Assembly: GCA_964016885.1 (NCBI GenBank)
Contig: OZ024740.1
Location: 145,452,001 to 145,516,000, forward strand
Source of the DNA: Eledone cirrhosa
Taxonomy: Eukaryota
Direction: 5' to 3'
Length of the DNA stretch: 64,000 bases
Below are positions 1-13,284 of this stretch, piece after piece (the first letter of the stretch is position 1; every line of letters starts with the position of its first letter). Position numbers and translations under genes: made by a program. The notes under the pieces are model-generated. The model was given only the letters and a program-made list of their open reading frames with translations. It ran no database searches and was not told the DNA's origin.

Positions 1-1290
1 GAAAACGGGTCCGAAGCCTGCCACCGCTAGCACCGCATCCAGGTAACCATGGTCGACCCTATCGAAGCCTTAGATTGATCCAAGTTGATCAGGGCCCCAC
101 CAAAGCCGGGTTCGTTCCCAACCCTCTCTATGATGTATCGCATAAGGTGGAGGTTGTTGTGGATGGACCTGGACGGGATAGCACATGTCTGCGCATCTCC
201 CACCAGGTTGCCCACGACAAGCGCCAACCTCTTTGTTAGCACCTTGGCCAAAATCTGTATTTAGCAGAGTTATGGGCCTGAAATTATTTATATCGTCCCC
301 CTTGTTCTCGTCCTTCCTCACTAGCGTGACTACGCCCTTGGTCACAGCACAGGGAATTCTCCCGTTCTGTTGCCAGTTGCAGTAGACCGCCTCGAAGAGA
401 TCGGAGAACAAGTCCGGCATAGCTAGATATAGTTCGTATGGAAGACCATCGAAACCCGGAGATTTGCGTTTGCCGCATTGGCTCAGCACGTCCTCTATCT
501 CAGCGGCTGAAATCGGCTCCTCGCAGGACTTCGCCTTCTTGTCCGAGAGACGCGGCAGGCCGTCGAGGTATGGACCGAAGTCCACTTCCCCAACCGGCTC
601 CCCGCCCCTTCCGAACAATCTGGCAAAGTGCTTTTGAAAAGCCTCGCACATCTGCTTAGGCTCAAGGATCACCCGTCCATCCTGGTCTCGCAAAGACCGG
701 ATAGTGGATCTACTCCCTCTTTTGGCTTCTGTCACGCGGGCCTAGCTAACAGCTTTGGTCCCCTCGTTTCCCAGAGCACGTATTTTGCTTCGGACGATGC
801 AGCCTTCGTGTTTCGCGTCGAAGAACTGACCCAGGGCCGTTTTCGACGCTAGCACTCTGGCCACGTCGCCGCTTCTAATTGCCTCTTCTACACTATCTAC
901 CAACTCCCTTTCCTTCCTATTTGAGGCTAACTCCTTACTAAATTCTATAGAGACTACTCTAATCTCTCTTTTGAAAGATCCCACCACCTGCTGTTGACGA
1001 TGGCGCCCGTCAACCGCTCCTTAACTAAAGTGATAATCCGGTCCCTGTAAGCCTTACTTGCCGGTAAGGACAAGTTGAGCTTCCAGTAACCGGGTCCCTG
1101 TCTATGCGTTCTGTCAAGGTTGACCATGCAGGTCACTAACTTGTGGTCTGAATAGCCAACCATGCGCATTTTTGGACAACTTAAAAAGTCCTTATCCTTA
1201 TTTCTAACTAAGAACCTATCTAGGTACGACCTAGATGATCCGCTACGGTTTGCCCAAGTCCAGGTTGGCGCAGTCGGAAAATCTAGTCGA
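1..1290 (-). mobile_element. L1/Tx1-like non-LTR retrotransposon ORF2 fragment (end of APE endonuclease plus start of RT), frameshifted, 5'-truncated against a TA tract
   Basis: Consecutive ORF pieces give PTWTWANRSGSSRSYLDRFLV..GYSDHKLV (APE C-terminus), GPGYWKLN, RKSPGFDGLPYELY, NFRPITLLNTD, GALINLDQSKA; frame changes near 250, 740 and 990. Confidence 0.9.
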
Positions 1291-1322
1291 TATATACACA
1301 CATATATATATATCCATATATA

Positions 1323-1927
1323 TATGATGGCTGCCCACTCGTTTTCAAGTACGGCCACTACTTTATATCCATGTAGGAGAACCCCTACTGATGCGCTGAA
1401 CGAGTGCGACTTTTTAGTCCAGCCAGTGACTTGAAAACTCTGGTACAAACACTACACTTCTGACAATTATTGCCACATAGTGCTGGGCCCATGGTACCAT
1501 GTGATGACAAGTGCAGAGAGATCTCCAGATATAAAGCAATGCCTGCGCCGTGAAGCTTTTATAGTGAGCAAAGGCACTGCACAAAGCCAGTCCCACTCGC
1601 TTAACCAAGATGATATTTACCAAAAAGAAGTACAAGTCAACATCATTGGTAACCACCAGGGTTGCAGGTGTTATATCAGAGTTTTCCTTCTCCTAGAATT
1701 CTGCCTTGACAAAGGCTAAGGGGTCATCTCTCCCAGTGATTTTGGATGGCCATTGACTCTTAAGAGCTCCTTTGCCAGGTTTTGTTTTTAGTCATGCAGG
1801 ATGTCCAAAGTCACCCTCCTCACCAAGAAACCTTGGTGGGGTTGCCAGTTTAGTCGCCAACGACCCGACCATGAGACAGGTTGTACTGGGATACATGTTA
1901 CCAATAGCACCAACTGGTGACCTGACA
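1323..1927 (-). mobile_element. Interspersed repeat flanked by TA/CATA tracts, probably RTE-LINE-related and non-autonomous; second copy at 33113-33582
   Basis: Shares blocks with 33113-33582 (atgatggctgc; ggtcaacatcattgg; tttggatggcc.ttgactct; cttggtggggttgcc; cgacccgaccatgagaca); family assignment is inference. Confidence 0.6.
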
Positions 1928-2649
1928 TATATATACATACATACATACATACACACATACATACATATAGAAATGAGGAAACTCATCGCTAGAACAACCG
2001 TCAAAACAGCTAAATGCTGTCAAAGACAGCGATGAGCAAAAATGCCTAGACACTAGCAATGTATTGAGTACCTTTTGTAAATGTGGTTATCTCACGTCAC
2101 AAATCGGGAATCTACATATATATATATATATTTATTTAATTTGCTGTAACACTAACACATCGTTTAAGCATAATAGGGTTGTATATGAAAACATATTTAA
2201 ACATATATACTATGTTTATATACAATAAACTTATGGGTAACCACTATCAAAAGAAAATATTTTTTGGTAACGAAATAAATTATTTTTCTCTTATTTTCCT
2301 CTGTTATATTCACAGAGTTGCCAGTACGATTGAGAATGTCAGACAGCGCTGTTTTAAAATGTGTACTCAACTTACTCAACCTGTACATGCACGGAAAATG
2401 GGGGGAAAAAAAACAACCTTTTTTCGTTACGAAAAAATATTTTTCCTTGATAGCGATGCTACCCATATATTTATTGTATATATTTATGCGTATAGTATAA
2501 GTTTGTGTTTTCATATACACCCTTATTACAGAGAGAGAGAGGCGAAATCTGCAGAAGCCCGTCGCATGTATATATTTATTTTCCGTAAACTTATAGTTCG
2601 ATAAAGTAAGTACTAGACATGAAAAAAATTTATTGGGGTTGATATGATC

Positions 2650-3160
2650 AATGAAATCTCTTTAAGCCGATTTCCCAGCATAACCGCACTGTAATAACCA
2701 GTAGAATAAAAAATGTGAATGGTTGTGATTGGGTTCATTGTTAAATCGTCGGACGGTATATCTATTCCGGCTTTAGTTTCAAGACCCCACATTATTGTAG
2801 ATTAGTGGTTGCTGAAGAATGAAATATTTTCGGTTTCTGAAGAGAAACACTTGTCTTTATGGTGTAGTCTTTTTCATATTAAAAATATGAATTCACCACG
2901 AGAGATCCTCGGTGAAGTCCTAGCATTTGATATGACGGTAAAGGTTCTAGTTCCGTATTTTGGTGGGGAAGGGTTCGGATTAGATGATGTGAAAAGCTTC
3001 GATGTTAATCACAACAACATTGTTTTCACTCAATCTCAAAATCGTGAAACAATTGATATATAACAGATCAATAGATTTCGTTTTAGGAAAATCTTACTGG
3101 TAGACCATGAGAAGGAGTCACTGTGATGTAAGATCACTCACTTTTGATACGGTTGAAGCT
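2650..3160 (+). pseudogene. Possible heavily decayed cadherin/protocadherin-like fragment
   Basis: Fragmentary motifs VKSSDG..PAL, EILGEVLAFD, SFDVN.NNIVFTQSQNRETID resemble cadherin repeat spacing; many stops; weak. Confidence 0.25.
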
Positions 3161-3169
3161 GTATGAGTT

Positions 3170-3455
3170 CACGTTAAAATCATTGTCTCGAATTCGATCC
3201 TACTGCGTGGTATCTTGGACAGATGTCTTTTACCATAGCCTCGGGTTGACTCATGTCTTGTAAGTGAAACTGGATAGATGGAAACGGTTTGGAGGTCCAT
3301 CGAATGGACGGTAACTAATTCAATGACCCAGTCTTATCACACACTGTCACGCTGAATTTCCCTAAATGTTCAAACATTTACACATTAATTCATGAATGTT
3401 CTATTTCGTTGATCGAACAACTGGAACACTCATCGTTGAAACAGTCGGAGAACCA
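3170..3455 (+). mobile_element. tRNA-derived SINE, family 2
   Basis: B-box-like aattcgatcc, then tcttggacagatgtctt and tail gttgatcgaacaactggaac shared with 10733-11085. Confidence 0.65.
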
Positions 3456-3494
3456 TATCTTTGATACTACATAAATTTAGAGATAGAAAAAAAA

Positions 3495-3820
3495 AATTGT
3501 TTCTCCTTTTGGCTCAGGGCCAGCAATTATCCAGTGCATTACTGGTACTTTATTTTATCGACCCCGTAAGGATGAAAGGTAAAGTTAACCTTGGCGAAAA
3601 GAAAAATGATTTCTTACACTGGACACAAAGTCAACAATTCGGAGAAGGTCAATTATAACGACCCCACTAATTAACCAGTACTTTATTTTATCGACGCCGG
3701 GTGGATGTATGGATAAGTTGACCTCGGCGGGATTTGGACATTGAATGTAGAACGTCATATCTAAATACCGCAAAACATTTTGTCCAACGCTCTACCGGTA
3801 TTGCCAAATCACCGACCTTA
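3495..3820 (-). mobile_element. Two adjacent SINE family 1 copies
   Basis: Conserved body gtactttattttatcgaccccgtaaggatgaaagg.aaagttaacctcggcgggatttg. Confidence 0.8.
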
Positions 3821-6039
3821 CAGAAAGGAAAAATAATAATAGGTTGGAAAACCATAAATTCTAATTATAAAACATTTGATAGAACAAAATATAAGCACGT
3901 TGTGAATGGGCGATGGGAACATCCTTTGGACCTCAAGTCATTTTATTAAGTGAAAGAAATATTTATAAATTATGTATTTTAATTGGATGAAAAATACAGA
4001 TTTTTAAAATATGTTTTAACAAAATACATGTATACTTTTTCAACAAAGTCATGTGAGAAAACACTGGAATAAAATAGAAATGTGAAAACATTCTTTGGTA
4101 TTATATTGATATCCTCGTATTAGTAAAGTTTCGCTTCGATTAAAAACATCAACATTCATGTGTCAATACTGGTTTACAACCAACAATGAGTTTAATGGGT
4201 TGGACAGAAAGCTGTACAGTTAAGTCATCTATTCGACAGTTCTTTATTGGTGATATATTTTTAACTTATGTATACGAGTATAAACATCCGACATTAAAAG
4301 TAGAAACAATTATATATATATATATACAATTATATATGAGAGAGAGAGAGAGAGAATGCGGAGATGGAAAATGAAAGACAAATATCAGATATTCCAGATA
4401 CACTGCATTGTCAGTTCGATGGGAGTTTCCGAATTGAAGAAATTTCCAGAGTTACGATATTTACAGGCTTGAGTGTAATAAGTTCTACATTATGTTTTGG
4501 TTTGTAGACTGATGTTTTACGTTTATCGGAATAAATTATATCAAAATTATTTTGCTTGTTTTGTTGGGATTCTTTGACAAATTGGTCTTTTTATTGGAAA
4601 GAAATCCAGTTCTATTTTCTGCATTTATCAGAACGAGTTGTATACGTTTAAAAAAAAGTACGGTACTACAAACATAGCCTTGAAACATAGCCATAATGGT
4701 TTCGAAATCAAGTGATGTAATTCAGTAATCGTTTCGAATTCAAAATTGGTGATATGTTCCTATATAATAAAGTTATAAGAAATGTTAACACGGAAGATAT
4801 AAATACAGCGATTAATAAAATGTTAACTCTTCGTAATAACTCGTCTAATATATTTATCATCATTGCTAATATGGTATCCGGGAAAATTTCAGAGGTTTAC
4901 CGGCAAAATAATCTTAGATCTTGTGACAATATAAAAAGCTCTTCTTACCTCCCTATCAAATGACAAAACATTAAGTAAGGTGATACAGCGAGATAACACT
5001 CTAAGAATTTGCAAATATCAACTCAACCAAATTATAGACACTGGACGATTTCATTTGAGACAATATTTTAATTTTTTTTGCAAAAAGTTTGTCATCGTCA
5101 GCATAATCGACAACGAAGTTTCAATTCCTGGTTGAAATCATTTAAATGTTTCTTTCCTTTTTTTTTCTTTTTCTTTTCTCCTCTTTTTTTTTTTTTTTTG
5201 TCTTAAGGTATTTACTCATGAAAAAAATTATTTCTTTAAAATAGTAAAATTATCCTTTATTATTTGCACACACAAGCGCTCGCACCCGCACACATAAAAT
5301 GGCAGTTTAGTTTCTCTTATAGTTTACATACTAACAGCATCACACCAATTTCACCGACAAAGCCGAGAAGCTTTTCTTGTAATTCATCCAACAATTTAGG
5401 TTTGATGTTTTGAATTGCAATTCAGACAATTTAGGTTTGAGGTTTTCAATTACAATTCGGACACCTACGGAGAATGGTCTTAATCCGCCGTTTCTTTGAA
5501 AGTATCAACCAACTGCTATTAATTTTTTCTGTCCTAACTCCATCTAAGAGACAAATTCGATTCATTAAGGTTTGGGGGGTGGGGAGGGGGTATTTGTCTT
5601 TCAGTACATGACCATCTACCAAAATCCATAAAATATTGCCAGTAATTTAAATTTCTTTAACCTTTTAATGTCTAAAAGCATAAACCATGGCCCACAGTCT
5701 GGTTTCAATTCCTAGTTTGAAGAATAGGAATTTGGAATTGTAAACTAACGAACCGCTCAACCATTTTCTAATAATTACTTCTAACAAAGCTACATATTTG
5801 TAGGGATTGTGTGATTTCACTTCTTTTCCAAATAAATTAGCGAATTTAGGAAGAATCGAATCCAGTTCATTTACTCAACTCACAGATAAGTGCGTTATCT
5901 ACTCTATGCCGATCACTGCTATTTGTTTATCGTTGTAAAATCTTCGCTCTTCATATTACGTTGCATCTAAACTATAATAACGGAAGGTCTGCGGGATTGC
6001 GTACGGTTTATTTCTTTTAATCCAGTTAGTAAAGTAAGT

Positions 6040-6508
6040 TTTTATTTGGGGGGATCCGTTTTTTTTATTTGGGGGGATCCGTTTTTTATTTGGGGGGATC
6101 CGTTTTTTTTATTTGGGGAGGGGTCCGTTTTTTATTGGGGGATCAGTTTTTTATTTAAAATAAAACGGATCCCCCCAAATAAAAAATGGATCCCTCCTCC
6201 AAATAAAAAACGGACTCCCACAAATAAAAAACGGATCCCCCCAAATAAAAAACGGATCCCCGCCAAATAAATAATGGACTCCCCTCCCCCAAAATAAAAA
6301 CGGATCCCCCAAATAAAAAACGGATCCCCGCCAAATAAAAAATGGATCCCCCCCCCAAAATAAAAACGGATCCCCCCGAATAAAAAACGGATCCCCCCAA
6401 ATAAAAAACCGCCCCCCACCCCATCCCCAAATAAAAAACGGATCCCCCAAATAAAAAACGATTCCCCCCGAAATACAAAACGGAGCACCCACCCCAAATA
6501 AAAAAAAT
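6040..6508. repeat. About 21-bp minisatellite (ccccaaataaaaaacggatcc) with an internal orientation switch near 6155
   Basis: About 5 units read tttttatttggggggatccg, then about 16 units read as the reverse complement. Confidence 0.95.
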
Positions 6509-6975
6509 GATTATTGTGGGTAATGGTGGGTAAAATAATTATTGTCGGTAGTGGTAGGTACAATAATTATTGTGGGTAAAAGGTGGGTAAAATGATTATT
6601 GTGGGTAAAGTGGTGGGTAAAATGATTATTGTGGGTAAAGTTGTGGGTAAAATGATTATTCTGGGTAGTGGTAGGTAAAATAATTAGTGTGGGTAAAATT
6701 GTGGGTAAAATATTTATTGTGGGTAAAATTGTAGGTAAAATAATATTTGTGGGTAAAATGGTAGGTAAAATTATTATTGTAGGTAAAGATAATAATTGTT
6801 TCTACTTTTGGCACAAGGCCAGCAATTACCCAGTAGATGACTGGTACTTTATTTTACCGACCCCGTAAGGATGAAAGGCAAAGTTAACCTCGGCGGGATT
6901 TGAACTCAGAATGGCAAGGATAATAATATTGGGTAAAATTGTGGGTAAAATAATGATAGTGGGTAAAAGGTAGGT
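6509..6975 (+). repeat. About 30-bp minisatellite (attattgtgggtaaaattgtgggtaaaat) interrupted by a SINE
   Basis: Direct tandem units visible; array resumes after 6917. Confidence 0.9.
6793..6915 (-). mobile_element. SINE family 1, 5'-truncated, with target-site duplication
   Basis: Family body; flanked by aaagataataat and aaggataataat. Confidence 0.85.
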
Positions 6976-7254
6976 CAAGTGGTGGGTGATATCAAGAAAC
7001 AGAGAAAGCGGGTAGGAAGTGGAGTAAAGGGGGGTAGGGAAAGAATGGGTTGGAAGTGCCAGAAGTGAAAGAATGGGAGGGAAAACATCAAGGGAAGGAA
7101 GGATGGAAAAGTGGAGGGAAGACAGCAGGTTAAAGAAATAGGGAAAGAAAGGTTAAAAAATGGGGAAAAGTAAGGAAGAGGAGTAAAGAGCGATACGAAG
7201 TGTGAAAGTGTGGGAAAGAGGCGGAAAAGGGTGTAATGAGGGAGAATCAACACC

Positions 7255-8232
7255 ACGAGGTCAACCACAAGACAATGAGGTCACGTAAAGTGATATGTGT
7301 TTCTTTCACAAGAAATTTGAAGCAAAAGATACCAAGTAGCCATGTAACTTCAATAGCTCTTCATCATCGACTCTGGGAGAAACTCTAGGACCAACCATCA
7401 ATAAACACCCTGGTGGTCGGCAAACATGATCAATTGTCCCGTATATTTATGATCAGATCTCCAGTCAGATTCTTAATCGACACAGAAGTAGAAGTCAGTG
7501 TCATCCCGGCATCTGCAAACGACCTCCGTTATAGAGAGGGAGTCAGTGGCAGCTGCCAATGATTCTACAATCAAAGCTTACAGATACCGTACTCTCTCCC
7601 TCCACAGAAGCTCACAGTAATATACATGGATATTCACCGTCGCTGATGCCCATCAGCCTATCATTGGAGCAGACTTCCTTCGAGCTCATTCACTGCTGGT
7701 CGATAATCAGGGGAGACGACTCGTCAATAGCAGTAAGTATGCCTCTGTTTCTCTGGCAACATCTGCAAGTGTGACTTTTCATATATCAAACGTCTCTGAG
7801 ACCAAGAATGAGTTCTCGGAATTCCTTTTGAATTACCTGAAACTCATTATCATGACATCTCCCATTCCACAACTCATCACAGAGTAAAGCACCACATTCC
7901 AACCACCAGTTCTCCAGTACACAACCGTGTATGTCGTCTACCACCAGACAAATTTGCTACTGTGAAGGTCAAATTTGACAATGTGGAAGCTTTGAGCATC
8001 GTTCATCGATCAAACCGTCCCTGGTCTTCACCTCTACACGAAGCACCAAAACCCAATAGAGCTTGGCGACCCAGCAGGGATTATCGCCGTCTTAACAAAA
8101 GTACCTCACCCTACTGCTACTCCATTCTGCATATACACGACTTCTCGGTTCAGTTAGCAGGCTGCTCGATTTTCTCCAAAATCTACCTCAACCGAGGTTA
8201 TCATCAATTACCTGTACTAGATGATAACATGT
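7255..8232 (+). mobile_element. Degenerate Ty3/Gypsy LTR retrotransposon gag-protease-RT fragment
   Basis: CFFHKKF gag-knuckle remnant, LIDTEVEVSVIP protease-like motif, SNRPWSSPLH..PKPNRAWRPSRDYRRLN, IFSKIYLNRGYHQLPV; many stops. Confidence 0.85.
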
Positions 8233-8514
8233 AAATACAATTTAATACAAAAAGAAAAAAGAAAATTTAGATTGAAAAGAAAGAATAGAATGTAAAATAA
8301 GAAAATATTTTTAAAAAACGGAAAAAGAAAGATATGGCAAGGGCTCTAGTGTATATAATAAACATACATTTAGTATCACTGAGTATTTTAATGTTTCGAT
8401 CCGTGATCATATCACAGCTACCTCAGCATCGGAATTCATATACACATTCATACTTGCTCCTGATATATGTCAAAATATATCAGTAGAAACAAGTTTTAAA
8501 TTAAGTAAATTATA

Positions 8515-8870
8515 TAGATTACGAGCAGCAGGACCCGGCGTTGCATGGGTAGGAAACATGAAATAGCAACAACCATATGCAAAGATTGAGGAATGTAGCT
8601 GTGTACGTTTTGAATTCCCTTATTCTCAAGGAATGATTGTTCATCTACTGGAAAGGTAGAACACCAGCAGGCCGAATCCAGTAGTCGCAGTGTCAGTGGG
8701 CTGAATGCGGAAATCCTGTATGCGAAAGGAATAAGTAAGTGTTGTGGGGCGGTGTATGTCGTAGAATTCATATACACATTCATACTTGCTCCTAATATAT
8801 CTGTCAAAATATATCAGTAGAAACAAGGTCACAGTTTTAAATTAAGTAAATTATATTGATTATTTAGAAG
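8515..8870 (-). mobile_element. Non-autonomous Helitron 3' region with a local direct duplication (8432-8520 and 8764-8862)
   Basis: Minus strand cccatgcaacgccgggtcctgctgctcgt resembles the hairpin-CTAG ends at 49057-49075 and 51371-51397. Confidence 0.5.
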
Positions 8871-9628
8871 CTCCTTTCCATGGTGGCGAAGTTGATTAAC
8901 ATTTTAGCCTATAAGTTGATACCTATGAGAAAAATTGAAGTCTCAATATTGTTACCCGGCTTGCTAGAAATAGCCATCAAATTTCACAAATCACACAGTC
9001 ATTAAAAAATGGAGGAGGCATATCGGAGGATACAGTTTGAGCTATGTTAAAAATATTGGATACCTATCGCTAGAATGTTTTTTATCTTAGATCTGCACGA
9101 TGGGGGATGATGTAAAGCTAAACAACCTGGTCGGACAAAAAACTCTATTGTTGTGCTGCATTGAACATTCTAGTAACTTTAATTCTAGGAAACATTCATG
9201 GAAGTACGAGTACGTACATCAACACATTCAAAGCATGTATTTGCGCATCGCTGTTTATGTCAAATACAAGCCTAAACAACCGAAATAGCCAGCCTAATTT
9301 CCATAATGTGCATTATGTATTTACATTTGTTCCTTTTCGCAAGGAAGCTTCTAATGAAAAAACAGCAATTATACTCACATTAGATTTATACAGACTTGCC
9401 AACTTCTAAAAACCCAAACGGGGAGTACCATGAAAAAAAGTGCCCCAGAAAGGTGAGAAATGAGGCAAAATTGGGAGATTTTACATAATGAAAGCTATAC
9501 CCATTTTCACAAGAGAAGACATTTCTCACCTACCCTAAAGTGGGTGGGAGATCTCCCCGTCGGACGGGGAGAGTTAACGAGTCTGTTTATATTAGATTGT
9601 CTAATATACGTTGTATTATATATAATCA

Positions 9629-9822
9629 AGGGGCGGTGGATTGGCAGCATCGGTAGAGGGTCTGACGCCACGCTTTGCAGCAAAGAGTTACGGCCCTTTA
9701 TGGTCTGAGTTCAAATCCCGCCAAGGTTAACTTTGCCTTTCATCCTTACGGGGTCGATAAAATAAAGTACCAGTAATACACTGATATAATTGCTGGCCTT
9801 GTGCCAAAAGTAGAAATAATTA
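9629..9822 (+). mobile_element. SINE family 1, full length, tRNA-derived head
   Basis: A-box-like tggcagcatcgg, B-box gagttcaaatccc, conserved body; attatatataat duplicated on both sides. Confidence 0.9.
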
Positions 9823-10732
9823 TATATAATTATTTATTATCTAATTAATCACGCTGCCAACAAATGCACCTGCAAATTACATAGGCCATAGTTGTGGTTC
9901 GTGTTTGACATATATAGTAATATGCTTATAAGTTATCTTCGTATGTCGAAAAATATGATGAAGAGCCATCTAGCTGTGAAACATGTAAGGTAATACCTAT
10001 GTTTTTCTGAGTACGAAGAAAATAACAAAATATATTTATTTTTATTCCTCTTTACAGTGGTGCTTATACTTTGAAAAACGTAACTTAGATTATCTAAAAT
10101 ACGCCGTGGTATTTTATAGAAAGGGAAAATGTATATAATATTGTGAAAACCCATCCAATAAATTTTCCCTTATTTATAAACTTTATACTAATACACATTT
10201 TACAATGATTACGTTCGTGGAATATCATACGTATACAATTAGCGTTTTAATGTTATTTTTCCTACTAAAGTAAGGTTAGCTCTGAGGACTCTGTGACATG
10301 CTTCATGCTCATCAATAGATCCTTCTTGAGGCATTGTTTTACGGCCGGATGCCCTTCCTGGTGTGAAGCCTTTTAGTTGCCTCTTACGGCACGCAGGGAT
10401 ATGGTACACATGTTCTAAACCGGATACACACAGCATGAAATATCATAGGTACATTTCCATAAATCCATTTACAGATTAGTCAATAGGATTCAGTTGATTT
10501 TTTTATGCTTCTAGTTACATGATACAAAAATAAAATAAAATTCAAAAAACCATATAGCACAAACATCAGAATACGAACCTATCAATAAAGAATACTAATT
10601 TATCCACTTGGTCTAATGTAGTAGTCAAAATGTTTAAAGTAATGTTGTAACCTTTGCTTTTCAACTTTCGACAATTTAAACTGTTGTATTGGTTTAAATA
10701 TGATGCATTCGCCAATTCATACATAAAGGTTA

Positions 10733-11085
10733 TGGACGCAGCATGACCGAATGGTTAAGAAGTTTACTTCGTAATCATCAGGTCCCGGGTTCGATTCCAC
10801 TGCATGACATCTTGGGCAAGTGTCATTTATCATAACCATTGGTCGATCAATGTCTCGTGAGTGAAATTGGGTAGACAGAAACTGCTTGTAAGCCCATGTG
10901 ATGGGCTGTATCTGTAATTCAAAGGGCCAGTCTAGTCATAGACTGTATCATGCAGAATCTCCCTAAGAATTACGATAAAGGTGCACGAGTCTGTGAAATG
11001 CTCAGCTGCATACTCATTAAATTCAGAAGAAGGTTGCTCGTTGATCGAACAACTAAAACACGCGTCATCGAAATCGATGGAGGTC
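10733..11085 (+). mobile_element. tRNA-derived SINE, family 2
   Basis: tgaccgaatggttaag A box, gggttcgattcc B box, cttgggcaagtg, tail shared with 3170-3455. Confidence 0.8.
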
Positions 11086-11929
11086 CACTTTACATAAGAA
11101 TTCCATTGGATGTTGGCAATACACTTAAAATACGCAAGTCGATTCGCAAAATCCTTAGAACGGTGAACAAAATTTCTTACAATATTCAGTTATAAGCTTT
11201 TACATTCTAGACTCAATGAAGTCAACTTTGCCTTTCTTCCTTCAGGGTCAATAAAATAAAGTACCAGTCAAGTACAAGGATTGATATGCATATCTATAAT
11301 GCTTTCAAGGCATGATCGGAATTATAATAGAATTCTTTATTCATTACCTTTCGTTAAGATATTTTATGAATAAATAGTTTTTCAGCTCAATCATAACAAT
11401 CGTCGATATTCAAAACTATGATACCCTCATAAAGGTGATATTATAATAACATCGTTTTATGAAGCTAAACAAATAAACGCTTAAAATTCTTGAGGAGACG
11501 GATCAGGCGAAAGCGAAAGGAGAAAAGAGGGGTGAGCGGAAAGCTGAAAACTAGCGGAGGTCTGCAAGAGAACAGAGAAACCGACAGATTTCACATACTG
11601 AAGATAACGTTTACAGTCGTTTTGTAAGTTAATACGTGAGAAGATTGCAGTAAAATGAATAGAAAGTGCGTCTGTAACTTGAGAAGTAGCTTCTTAATAG
11701 GAAGAGAATATATAGCTAGAACATTATAGATATGCAGCTACAGTTATAGTGTTAGCACTATAATATACAGTAGTATACCTATAGTATTATAGCTATAATA
11801 TATAAAGATTTGAGTTGATAATATATACAACTCCTGACGTGATTGTTAGTTATGCCTTCCTGACAGTCACACCCACAGAGAAATAAGTCTGATTTGGTGC
11901 AACCAAAGATCTCTCTCTCTCTCTCTCTC

Positions 11930-12002
<73 letters not shown>

Positions 12003-12006
<4 letters not shown>

Positions 12007-12070
12007 GGTAAACAGAAATAACAACACAATCGGTACAGTATATGGAAGGAATATATTAGGTTAACACTTG
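12003..12070 (-). mobile_element. 3' terminus of short element family D, abutting (TG)n/(TA)n
   Basis: aaaaggtaaacagaaataacaacaca..cggtacagtatatggaagg nearly identical to 17981-18050. Confidence 0.8.
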
Positions 12071-12268
12071 AAATATATATATATATTTATTATATACTCT
12101 GAAACTCTGAATTTCAGAAGATCCCATTAAGGGTGAAAGCAGCGGTTCTTTGCTTAAACTTTAATCTGTTCTTATAATAAATATTTGCTCTACGGGTTTA
12201 TATATATTTTATATATATATATAATCCTTATCGAGTCCTCTTCGGATTTTAGTCTTCATATTTATTAT

Positions 12269-12425
<157 letters not shown>

Positions 12426-12469
12426 TGAAAAAGAACAAAGGAACTATTATGACATTATAACGAGTTTAT

Positions 12470-12516
12470 TGCCGACAGCCGTTTCGTCCGACCATATGGT
12501 GGGACTTTTCAAGGCA
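12470..12516 (-). ncRNA. Type I hammerhead ribozyme with U3-A8 core covariation
   Basis: UGCC-UUGAAAA-GUCC(cACCAUAUGGUc)GGAC-GAAAC-GGCU-GUC-GGCA, then AAUAAA; about 50 bp from a long TA tract. Confidence 0.8.
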
Positions 12517-13284
12517 TATAACATGTGATTGTAGGATCATTATTTACATCAACGTATCACTCAAGGCTAGCAGTTTGAAATTGTGGTATACATCAGCAGC
12601 TCCGCTTGTATAGTTGGGGTCTATATTCTAAGGGGGCTCTTTTATATTAGTTGTCGGGGTCAGGGATTGAAGGTTAGAAATTAGATAATATATAATTTAG
12701 ATAATATATAATTTACGCATTAACAGTAAACTAAAAGACTTGGGATCCCGTAGAAGCACCTTAAAAAATCCCTCAATAAGTGCATAAAGCTTACAGGCTC
12801 CAATAAGCCTAATAGACTAGAGGAAATTAAGAGGCTAATAAAATAAAAAATAAAAATATAAAGTTTCCCTAAAAAATATAAAGTTTCCTATGAAATTCCT
12901 TCGAGAGAAAAAAATTTATTTCTGCTCTGCGTATACGCATAGAGCTTAACTAGCTACCGTCACATATTTGGTAAGTCAGACGTGATCATCGCGATTCACA
13001 TACGACCTACCATACATCTTGCTTATATATATATATATATTTTGTGCGTGTAGGGATATATACTTTATTATTATTCTCTTTTTGGTCGAGAAAATAATTT
13101 GGTCGTTCTGACTGCTGCTAGTTATAGTGGTAGTAGACTGACCTCCCTGCCTTTGCTTCTATCTTTACACACGGCACTTGAAGGAATTGCTCCCACATCA
13201 TTTACTCTCATCTCGGGAACCATTTTGAATAGCGCCAGTTCGTAATTTGAACTCGCGAATTTTATATTCTCCGAGTGAAAAGAT

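Noticed and set aside
6046-6868. CRISPR-like or coding interpretation of the repeats
   Set aside because: No unique spacers, no cas genes, eukaryotic context; simple minisatellites
9629-10810. tRNA genes at the A/B-box motifs
   Set aside because: No cloverleaf; the motifs continue into SINE bodies
12113-12150. Hammerhead-like cagaaga-tccc-attaa-gggt-gaaagc
   Set aside because: U4A core and poor stems I and III
12923-12951. Hairpin gctctgcgtatacgcatagagc followed by CTAG (Helitron 3' end)
   Set aside because: No matching 5' end or second copy in the window to support the call
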